Assembly (NCBI GenBank): GCA_024346625.1
Contig: AP024665.1
Span: 558,001-622,000 of the forward strand
Direction: 5' to 3'
Source of the DNA: Williopsis jadinii
Lineage: Eukaryota
DNA: 64,000 bases
Below the pieces are notes generated by a model. That model was not told where the DNA came from, searched no databases, and was given only the letters and a program-made list of their open reading frames with translations. The position numbers were made by a program, and so were the translations under genes. This document shows positions 54,484 to 64,000 of the stretch, piece after piece (position 1 is the stretch's first letter; every line of letters starts with the position of its first letter).

Positions 54484-54866
54484 AACTCACGATTTGAGGT
54501 TATCCTATGGGAAAAGTTGGCACTGAAAAAACCTCAGTAGACTATATCAGCCACGAGCAACAAGAAGATGTCATCCAATTCCAAAGATCGCTCCTTTAAC
54601 CCTGCCATATCTAACAAATTCTGCTGATTCCCCGGTTTAACTCTTCCATACCTCATCGCCATTTTTGGTCCTTTCACGCACTGACGTTCGCTTTTTTCGC
54701 AGAAAGAATGACCTGCACGTGTTGCGCGTAACGGAAGTATAGCGTTTTGGTAAAAGTTGGACGTTTGTTTATATATGAAGGCCCAGGAATCCCTTTCCTT
54801 CGTCACTTTCTCTCTCTTTTCCCCCTTTCCTTCTTCAACAACAATTTCGATTACGTTCATTCCAAA

Positions 54867-57403
54867 ATGTTGGCTGCTCGTAACTACTTGAAAGTGAGTG
54901 AATAGAGCAACACGTGTGGTGTGTACTGGGCGGAACACACACAGGCCCAGGGTTTGCGAGAGATGACTAGCCGCCTTGGTTCAAACTATGGGGTTATCGC
55001 TCTCTTTTTGCAGATCTGTGTTTTGTCGGAGCATTTTCCACATCGTGCTCAATTCAGCGGGATTGGTTACTAACTATTACTTCTTAGAACCCAAGAGTCG
55101 CTCGTGGCTTTGCTACGGTCTCTGAGCTCACCAAGGACTCCAAGGTGGGCATGAACTTGCTTGAGGACCACTCCTTCATCAACTACAAGAAGCACCTTGA
55201 AAACGTTAACATTGTCAGAGAACGTTTGGGAAGACCTCTTACCTATGCCGAGAAGGTCCTTTACGGTCACTTGGATGATCCACACCACCAAGAGATCGAG
55301 CGTGGTGTCTCCTACTTGAAGCTCAGACCAGATAGAGTTGCTTGTCAAGATGCTACCGCTCAAATGGCTATCTTGCAATTCATGTCTGCTGGTATGCCAT
55401 CTGTTGCTACACCAACCACTGTCCACTGTGACCATTTGATTCAAGCTCAAGTTGGTGGTGCAAAGGATTTGGCCCGTGCCATTAACTTGAACAAGGAGGT
55501 TTACGACTTCTTGGCCACTGCCACTGCTAAGTACAACATTGGTTTCTGGAAGCCAGGTTCCGGTATCATTCACCAAATTGTCTTGGAGAACTACGCTTTC
55601 CCAGGTGCTTTGATCATTGGTACTGATTCCCACACTCCAAACGCTGGTGGTTTGGGTCAATTGGCTATTGGTGTCGGTGGTGCTGATGCCGTTGATGTCA
55701 TGGCTGACTTGCCATGGGAGTTGAAGGCTCCAAAGATTATGGGTGTTAAGTTGACTGGTAAGATGAACGGTTGGACTTCTCCAAAGGATATTATCTTGAA
55801 GTTGGCTGGTATCACTACTGTTAAGGGTGGTACCGGTAAGATTGTCGAGTACTTCGGTGAGGGTGTTGACACTTTCTCTTGTACTGGTATGGGTACTATC
55901 TGTAATATGGGTGCTGAAATCGGTGCCACTACATCTGTTTTCCCATTCAACAAGTCTATGGTTGACTACTTGAACGCAACTGGCCGTAACAAGATTGCTG
56001 AGTTTGCTACTTTGTACAAGAATGACTTCTTGTCCGCTGATGCTGGTTGTGAGTATGATGAGGTTATCGAGATTGACTTGAACACCTTGGAGCCATACAT
56101 CAATGGTCCATTCACTCCAGATTTGGCTACCCCAGTCTCCAAGATGAAGGAAGTTGCCATTGAGAACGACTGGCCATTGGAGGTTAAGGTTGGTTTGATT
56201 GGTTCATGTACCAACTCTTCTTACGAGGATATGTCCAGATCTGCTTCCATCATCAAGGATGCTGCTGACCACGGTATCAAGGCCAAGTCCTTGTTCACTG
56301 TTACCCCAGGTTCTGAACAAATTAGAGCAACTATTGCCCGTGACGGTCAATTGCAAACCTTCGAGGAGTTCGGTGGTATTGTCTTGGCCAACGCTTGTGG
56401 TCCATGTATCGGTCAATGGGACAGACAAGACATCAAGAAGGGTGACAAGAACACAATCGTCTCTTCTTACAACAGAAACTTCACTGCCAGAAACGATGGT
56501 AACCCAGCTACCCATGCTTTCGTCGCTTCTCCAGAGATGGTTACTGCTTACGCCATTGCAGGTGACTTGAGATTCAACCCAGTAACTGATACCCTTGTTG
56601 GTGCTGATGGTAAGGAATTCAAGTTGAAGCCACCTTCCGGTGACGGTCTTCCACAACGTGGTTACGACCCAGGTGAGAACACCTACCAAGCTCCACCAGC
56701 TGACCGTGCTTCTGTTCAAGTCCAAATTTCTCCAGAGTCTGACCGTTTGCAAAAGTTGACTCCATTCAAGCCATGGGATGGTAAGGATGGTTTGAACATG
56801 CCAATCTTGATCAAGTCTGTTGGTAAGACCACCACTGACCACATTTCTATGGCCGGTCCATGGTTGAAATACAGAGGTCACTTGCAAAACATCTCTAACA
56901 ACTACATGATTGGTGCTATCAACGCTGAGAACGGTAAGGCCAACACTGTTAAGAACTTGTACACTGGTGAATATGCTGGTGTTCCAGACACTGCCATTGC
57001 TTACAGAGATGCTGGTATTAAGTGGGTCGTTGTTGGTGGTGAGAACTTTGGTGAAGGTTCTTCCCGTGAGCATGCTGCTTTGGAGCCACGTTTCCTCGGT
57101 GGTTTCGCTATTATTACAAAGTCCTTCGCTCGTATCCACGAGACCAACTTGAAGAAGCAAGGTCTTTTGCCATTGAACTTTGTTGATCCAGCTGCTTACG
57201 ACAAGATCAACCCAGATGACACTGTTGACATTTTGGGATTGAAGGACTTGGCTCCAGGTAAGAATGTTACCTTGAGAGTGCATCCAAAGAACGGTGAGGC
57301 TTGGGAGACCCCATTGTCCCACACCTACAACGCTGAGCAGATCGAATGGTTCAAGTACGGTTCTGCTTTGAACAAGATGGCTGCTTCTAAGAAGCATACT
57401 TAA
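54867..57403 (+). CDS. ACO1: Mitochondrial aconitase; exons 54867-54893, 55088-57403
   Basis: Intron 54894-55087 (GTGAGT..TACTAAC..TAG) supplies presequence [19 protein letters not shown]. Motifs [35 protein letters not shown] and [10 protein letters not shown]; strong high-expression codon bias. Confidence 0.98.
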
Positions 57404-57613
57404 AGTTGTTTTACGCATAAATCATACATAGTTCCATTTTATTTATTGTTCTTTTGTCAATATTCTTATTCGTTGAACAGATGTAGAATTCCTCGATAAA
57501 ACTATTTTGATACGCGATATAATTTCGTGTTCGTGTATTATTATTACGTGACTACTGCAGAATGTAAACTTCAATGTCCACTTCAATGTGAAGGACACAT
57601 TAAGATACCCATT

Positions 57614-58173
57614 ATGAACGCACTTTTGAAACCGGGAAAGGTGTCCCTCTTATACACAGGCTTTAACTCCACAGAAGACACGATAAAAGTGAGTTTAACT
57701 ATACACGTAGATTCATATTTCAGAAGCAGCATCTAATAACTCTCTTCCAGTGTATCTTAGAGGACTCTACAGGTCAGAGCATCATATTATTCGACTGTGG
57801 AGTACCAAGGATATCAATTGATGTACTGGCATCTGGCTTAAGGGACGAGATACTGAACAATGTACGATATTCTCAGTGTTTTGATCTGGAAGGCTTGAAA
57901 CAGTCAGTTGATGATGTACATGATGACGTCCGTGTACTGGTCTTAGTGAACGTTAAGCAGTGCCTCAACAGGGATAAAGTCACCGACTTTAATGTTTCAC
58001 ACAAAATCTTGAACTCCACAATGATGAAATGCCGAAGACTTTGTATATCAAGTAACATCACATTGGTCATTGTGGAACAAGAGAGAGATTACAGAAGTAC
58101 TTCGAACATACTGAAATACTACGCTGACATCACAATGATTACGAAAAATGGTGCGTGGATGCCATTATGTTGA
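57614..58173 (+). CDS. CSM2: Shu-complex Rad51 paralog Csm2 (165 aa); exons 57614-57688, 57751-58173
   Basis: Intron 57689-57750 (GTGAGT..TCTAAT..CAG). NNVRYSQCFDLEGL, SHKILNSTMMKCR and LKYYAD match Csm2 as I recall it (ENIRINTCLDLEEL, SHELLRDTLLKLR, WKYYAD). Lies next to RPL16 and FKH, like YIL131C-YIL133C. Confidence 0.8.
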
Positions 58174-58696
58174 TGTGTGAATGTGTGTTAATTGTATCTG
58201 CAATATCGTAGCTCCAATTAACCGCGGGCTTCAGTCAAGAAGGCACGCTGTAGATGATTGTTGATCAATTCAATTAAGTCTTAGATCTGTAGTGTGGAGC
58301 CAAACAATAATTTGCAGCCCTATTCTATTTGAAAATCCTCTCACGTGATATTGAGTAGGGCTACAATAGTTCTCTTTATGCCTGATGTCCGGGTGAATTG
58401 CTTTTCACGACAGACATACCCATTTTTCACTTTTGTGTTAGCAGACAAGATGAATTTTCCTGTGCGTGCATGAACCAAAAACCTGTGTATCTTTAGCGAT
58501 TTAGGCAGAGATTGCACCAATTCGGAAATTCGCCAACCCACATAAAAACTTCAAAATTAGCAGTCCCATAGAATTTGGGAGAATTTTCACCTTGGGCAGC
58601 GCGAACACAGGTCCTTGGAGCATTGTGTAAAAATTGAAATCTTTCAACAACTCACATCAAAACAAGTGAATACCAAACACATACATCATAGTCGCC

Positions 58697-59622
58697 ATGA
58701 ACTCTTTTGAGCCAGTTGTTGTCGTTGACGGTATGTTCTCTCATCATCATTGAATGTTATGTTGAAGTTATAGAGAGGAAGCTCGAACGGATAGAAAGTT
58801 GCTTCTTAAAGTCTCCAGCCATCTTTAAGGTCAGAGAACAGCGGGAGATGAAAAAAAGCTTTACAATATGAATCAGTCATTGAAGATCACCAAGCAGATA
58901 CAACCTACCATGGAGCAAGAATATATTGATCAACACTTGTCCACGGCCTCATTAAAGGTCTCTCTAGTGAACATCAGAAGACAGCTTTTTTATACCATTG
59001 TTTCCTCTTACTTCAACAAGTAAATCAGAATAAATTACTAACAGCTCTTGCAGGTAAGGGTCACCTTTTGGGTCGTCTTGCATCTATTGTTGCTAAGCAA
59101 CTCTTGGAAGGTCAGAAGGTTGTTGTCGTCCGTTGTGAGGCACTCAACGTTTCTGGTGAATTCTTCAGAACCAAGTTGAAATACCATGACTACTTGAGAA
59201 AGGGTACTCGTTTCAACAAGACCAGAGGTCCATTCCACTTCAGAGCCCCATCCCGTATCTTCTACAAGGCTATCAGAGGTATGGTTTCCCACAAGACTGC
59301 TCGTGGTAAGGCTGCTTTGGAGAGACTCAAAGTCTTCGAGGGTGTTCCACCACCATATGACAAGAAGAAGAGAGTTGTCGTTCCACAAGCTTTGAGAGTC
59401 TTGAGATTGAAGCAAGGTAGAAAGTACACCACTCTCGGTGACTTGTCCGCCTCTGTTGGTTGGAAGTACAGCGATGTTGTTTCCAAGTTGGAGGACAAGA
59501 GAAGAGTCAGAGCTGCTGAGTACTATGCTAAGAAGAAAGCTGCTACCAAGAAGGTTGAGGCTGCTAAGGCTTCCCAAGCTGATTCTAAGGTCACCAAGGA
59601 ATTGGCTGCCCTTGGTTACTAA
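58697..59622 (+). CDS. RPL16: 60S ribosomal protein L16 (uL13); exons 58697-58730, 59054-59622
   Basis: Intron 58731-59053 (GTATGT..TACTAAC..CAG) gives [18 protein letters not shown]. Motifs [12 protein letters not shown] and [12 protein letters not shown]. Confidence 0.97.
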
Positions 59623-59927
59623 GCGGTTTTGATGATGAAAGAGGAAAAACGAGTATAGGTTTAGTCTAAATGTTTATCTGTAATTGTACCAAACTTTGTA
59701 GACGTATTTCGACCCTACTCTAACGCTCAACATGTAATTGAATGACGCATCCTGTTTTCTAGATCATAAGAATATCGTATGCCATATAATATGTACACTT
59801 TTACTTTTTTTAAATATCGGATAGACCTGTATCCGTCAAGCTCTCCAGCTTTCTTCTATACAACATTGAGTCATTCTAAAACACATTCGTAAAAGCATTA
59901 AGACAACACGACAAAGGTGACAAAAAT

Positions 59928-62513
59928 TCACTTTTTGAAACCCTTGGCCAAATCAACATTCTGTAAATCGCTGGTATGGGTCTCGTTATCATGTTGTTGT
60001 TGATATTGTTGTTCTTGTTGTGATGTCAGTGGTTGGCGTTGTTGTACTTTATTTTTCGATGTTAAAGGAGAATCTGGAACATTCTGAAACCCATTCTTCA
60101 GTGGAGATGCAGAATCTTTACCCTGACCAGGTTGTAAGGGGGTACTGAACTGAACAAAGTTCCAAAGTGCAGGTGAAGATTGTAAAGCACCAGGTTGACC
60201 AGGTTCTCCAGAGTCTTTTTTGCGAGCACCACGTTCAGGTGTATAAGCCTCAACGGCAGATATTGAAAACGGTTTATTTGGTGATGCAATCATTCCATAA
60301 TCAGTTGACAACTGCCCATCTTTGGCTCCTGAAATCGCACCATCACCACTGGTTACTCCATTCGACTGAAAGGTAGCGGGATTCTTGACGGGTGAAGATA
60401 ACTGTGTCTGTGGAGCTGAATCATCACGAGTTGAAGGCTTAACCTCAGTTGTATCCGTAGATAGTTTAGACGGCTTGGTCTGTGACGATGAAGATATTAC
60501 ACTTCCTTCAGACAATGGTTGGGTTCCTGGTTGACCATCCTTCAACTCCTTCTTCCGCTTATTTCCAATGGATTGTACATTATGGTGCATTTGTTGTTGC
60601 ACAAGAACATGATTTTGATGCAATTGAGGTTGTTGTTGAACCTGCTGTTGTTTTGGTTGTTGGTGCATTTGGCCAAGACCCAATACTTGCTGCTGCTGAG
60701 GAGGCAATGTGTGCTGAGTGTGAGGTAAAGGATGATAACCGGGTGGTGGTGATCCTGTACCACTAACGATGGATGAGTCTCTTGATTGAGGGTAAAGCGT
60801 CTGTTGATATGCCACCGGTGGACCCTGCTGCTGTTGTTGTTGTTGTTGTTGAAGAGGCGGTAATTGCTGTACATACATGTTGACATATGGATTGTGAGGA
60901 GGCCCATTGAAATGAGGTGGTTTTGTTGTTTGGGCAGCATGTGTGGCATTTATATATTGCAATGATTCGTTTGATTGGAGATGCGCTTGAGGATGTGGAT
61001 GCTGCACCTGCTGCACCTGCTGCTGCTGTTGTTGTTGTTGTTGTTGTTGTTGCTGTTGTTGTTGTTGTTGTTGTTCTGGGTTTAAAGGCTGCTGGTACTC
61101 AGGAGGCGCATTTGGGTAATGCTGCTGAATAACCTTCCGTCTTTGAGATTGAGAAGCTGGAAGGTCATTATGCGTTATCAGATGTAATTGTAATTGTCTT
61201 GAAACAGATGAACCCCTTCTTGCTTTTGATAACGATCCACTTTGGAATTTTTTCATAAATTCGTCTCTATACGCATCGCTAATTTGCCATTTCATACCCT
61301 TTCCAGGTTCATTTGGTCGTCTGGGAACCTTTTCAAATGCCTTGTTCAATGATAAGTTGTGTCTAATGGAGTTCTGCCAACCAGATTTGGAAAACCTGTA
61401 AAATGCATAATGACTTGCTATCCAATCATAAATCTCTGACAATGATAACACACCTTCAGTATTTGATAAGATTGCTTGTGTAATCATAGTAGCATATGAA
61501 TAAGGAGGCTTAATATCCCGTGCTTCATCAGTGGATAAGTCATTCTCCACAGATGGACTATGTTGTGGGGACTTATTATCGTTGTTTTCAAACATTTGGA
61601 AGGCCTTCATGGGTCCCGAAAGCCCCTTTGTTCCACGATTGTTGAATGATGTGGAGTTATTGTTGAAAGTCGACGATCCAGGAACAGGATTCGCAGTGAC
61701 AGAAACATCCAATGCCATTCTCTTAGACTTAGGAGGTGGTAGTTTTGGTGCAACTTGATCCAATATGGCCCTTGAAACAATCGGCTGGGCATCTGGCAGT
61801 ATAAACATCATCTGTGTACCACCGATGTCAAGGACAGCACCAGAGTTTAGTTCAGTAGGGACCGCATTAGCACCACATGGAACCTTTACGGTGTTCACTT
61901 TAGCACCGTTTCTTCCTGTAACGTAAAGTTCCCATGATCTTGTGTTCAAGTTGTAGTTTATACTGGCATGAGAACGACTTACCAGTTTGGAAGGTCCCAG
62001 AACAATATCTGTGCCTGTGGTGGATCCGTCTGGATGCTCAACAGTTTCCTCATTTCTTCCAATGGTTACGTTCAGTGCCTTGACGTAATAAGTCCAGTTA
62101 TTACCGGCAATTTTAGCATATGCCTGGACTTCTGTAGCGGTATTCTTGTCATTGGCAAACTTCTCAGCCGCGATGGTCTTCTCCTCTGGGGCGTTCAAGT
62201 TTGCAATAACAGCGTTCACCAGCTCATTGGGATCACTATACGCGGAAAGGTACTATGGAATTCCGTAGTGTTAGTACTCTGTGGATTGAAAAGGGTGTAT
62301 GTGGAACTTGTGCGTCCTCTTGGACGGATTAGACGTCAGTCTGTTGGCTTTAGAACCACGTAGTTATGGCCAGCCAGGAAACAGCAGCAACACAGTTAAA
62401 AAACATGTCGATGTTTCCCGAACAGCGAAGCAAAAGTCACAACACTCAACGTGGATTGTACTTACATTTCCGCCCATTTCATCAGCACTTCTCTTTCTTG
62501 AAGAGTCAGACAT
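59928..62513 (-). CDS. FKH2: FHA + forkhead cell-cycle transcription factor (Fkh1/Fkh2 ortholog); exons 62466-62513 and 59928-62252
   Basis: VQAYAKIAG..WTYYV and FHA residues (IGRN, SR.H, GRNG). Forkhead KPPYSYATMITQAI and WQNSIRHNLSLN. Minus-strand intron 62253-62465 (GTAAGT..TACTAAC..TAG) supplies the missing ATG exon MSDSSRKRSADEMGGN. Confidence 0.92.
61017..61073 (-). repeat. CAA/CAG trinucleotide repeat encoding a ~19-residue polyQ tract in FKH
   Basis: (TTG/CTG)n run on the + strand; PEQQQ...QV in the protein. Confidence 0.9.
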
Positions 62514-62670
62514 TGTTACCTGTCTCGTCCACTTTTTGTTTTTTACTTTATTCGTTGTTGTTGTAACCTTCTTAAAGGGGCAAAGATAGGGAAGGGAGAG
62601 GCGACTGTTTTGTTGTCAATTGGTTTTGGTGAGAATCGCACAAAAAAAAAACACACACACAACACACAAA

Positions 62671-63005
62671 GTAAACAAACAAACAAAGAAAACAAACAAA
62701 TAAACAAACAAAAAAACGTTTAGAAAGTCGACCAATGAGATTCTTCTGCGGATGAAAAATTTCGTAAAACAGTATCCACAAGCAAGCTGATCGGTCAGTG
62801 TTACTAACTTCTTTCGTAGTGAGTTTAATCGGAATGGCGTTGGATGTTTTCCTCCTTGCTGACTTTTAATGGGTTTTTGTTGTGTATTTTTTTGTGATTT
62901 TTTTGTGATTTTGTGATTTTTTTTGTTTTCCTACGGACAGAATTCCCCTTTGTTTTCTTTTCGTCCCTCCAGAAAAATTTGTTTTTGTTTATTTGTGTAA
63001 ACAAA
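62671..63005. promoter_or_regulatory. Cluster of forkhead-type RTAAACAA motifs upstream of FKH
   Basis: GTAAACAAA at 62671 and 62997, ATAAACAAA at 62700, TTTGTTTAT at 62984, embedded in AAAC repeats. Confidence 0.5.
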
Positions 63006-63360
63006 CACACAACCTCCGCGCGCAGTCTCAGTTTTTTGTGTGTTTTCTTCTTCGAGAATCTAATGGTTAGCGCACCTCATTCTCCCGTTGGCGCTCAGAT
63101 TATGTAATACATCTAGACACCACGATGAGGCACAATGGTTTAGCGACGGTGCAGAATCGAGATGGAAAGATCTCGTCCTCTTTCTGTTCCTTTTCTGTTC
63201 CTTTTCTGTTCTTTTTTTACAACTTGGCAGCTCCTGATTGCAAAATTGTCGCTGGCATTATTTGTTCGTTAGGTTTACGCTGTGCACGTACGCATGAGTT
63301 GCAATAACCGCAAAAATTACCATTGCTATTCTCACCCGTGTTGAGTGCGGAGAGTGGGTG

Positions 63361-63389
63361 TTCTCGAGCGTTCTTGAGCGTTCTCGAGC
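63361..63389. promoter_or_regulatory. 10-bp tandem repeat forming a step-type heat-shock element (TTC-N7-TTC-N7-TTC)
   Basis: TTCTCGAGCG TTCTTGAGCG TTCTCGAGC. Confidence 0.45.
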
Positions 63390-64000
63390 TCTAAGGTTGT
63401 CGTCATGTTGAAGATACTGCAACACCGTGACACACAATTCCTCCCGTATTACTAAATAGATAACATCATGTGACACGTTATAGCGTTTGCAAGTTGCAAT
63501 GCTGCAATGCTGTAACGCCACTGTCGGTGATGGAAACTCACCTGCAAAATTGGGAAAGTGATGTCCGCCTATACATGGAATATTCGCGCTAGGTATCCTC
63601 TCGATATGACAATTGGCCCTGAAATGAATGTTGCATGGTTCTACCGAATACATCACTCTTTTTGCGCAAAACTTAAGCGCTTCTTGAAAAATTCACCCAG
63701 GAAACCACCCCAAAACACGAAAATCGCGCAAGTGCAATGGATAAGGAAGAGGTACAGTGCAAAGAGAATTGCTTCAGCGTTTAGCTCCTAGGACGGGAGG
63801 GAGATCCAAGAGTTGAAAACCCCCAAGTAGCCTACCATACATACCACAAGAAGCTTCACGCTTCAAAGGTCACCACCTTTCCAAGGAGTAGCGCCACACA
63901 TTAGCAAGTGACACCTTTATGAGTGGTTTTCTTTTTCTTGGTGTTTCTCTTTCGATTACTTTTCGCCCTTTTTTAATTTCTCGCCATTGTCGTACATATA

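Noticed and set aside
53986..54938. Overlapping ORFs between CRT10 and ACO1
   Set aside because: GC-richer promoter DNA with low-complexity translations; no recognisable protein.
54978..54990. GGTTCAAA (tRNA T-loop/B-box-like) in the ACO1 intron
   Set aside because: No cloverleaf, A box or acceptor stem could be built.
55070..57418. Long antisense ORFs (196 and 404 aa) opposite ACO1
   Set aside because: Typical shadow ORFs caused by strong codon bias in a highly expressed gene; no domain-like content.
59051..59059. CAG|GTAAGG at the RPL16 acceptor, resembling a recursive splice site
   Set aside because: Explained by the conserved G-K-G codons; no downstream branch point or acceptor is needed.
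59038..59577. 179-aa antisense ORF opposite RPL16
   Set aside because: Same codon-bias shadow effect.

Overview
This is eukaryotic DNA from a budding yeast (Saccharomycotina), not a prokaryote. Evidence: GT..TACTAAC..AG spliceosomal introns, a respiratory complex I accessory subunit (so not Saccharomycetaceae), and CTG read as Leu at conserved sites (so not the CUG-Ser clade). A Cyberlindnera/Wickerhamomyces-like yeast is my inference. The left arm (1-22.7 kb) is gene-dense: EGH1, PRI1, PRE1, a lipase, MHO1, SWM1/APC13, FAP1, NDUFB3-like, EFM6, RSM25, a PPR-like protein, KSH1, RPO31, SEM1. The right arm (45-62.5 kb) is also gene-dense: two tandem GTT1-like GSTs, STH1, CRT10, ACO1, CSM2, RPL16, FKH1/2. 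Between them lies a ~22 kb island (22.8-45.2 kb) with only four genes, all probable DNA-binding regulators: two STB5-like Zn2Cys6 paralogs facing outward, a CUP9/TOS8 TALE homeodomain gene and an orphan Myb/SANT-like gene. About 16 kb of AT-rich noncoding DNA separates them. Most notable: (i) an unnamed Myb/SANT-like family with an intact copy (39.0-40.3 kb) and decaying copies (14.6-16.9 kb), resembling PIF/Harbinger ORF1 proteins; (ii) the regulator island, a possible regional-centromere candidate; (iii) spliced genes missed or fragmented by the ORF track (KSH1, CSM2, NDUFB3-like, FKH exon 1); (iv) strongly self-pairing introns in ACO1 and NDUFB3-like. Gene names come from my recall of family motifs, not from database searches. 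I could not support any tRNA, rRNA, CRISPR array or intact transposon.
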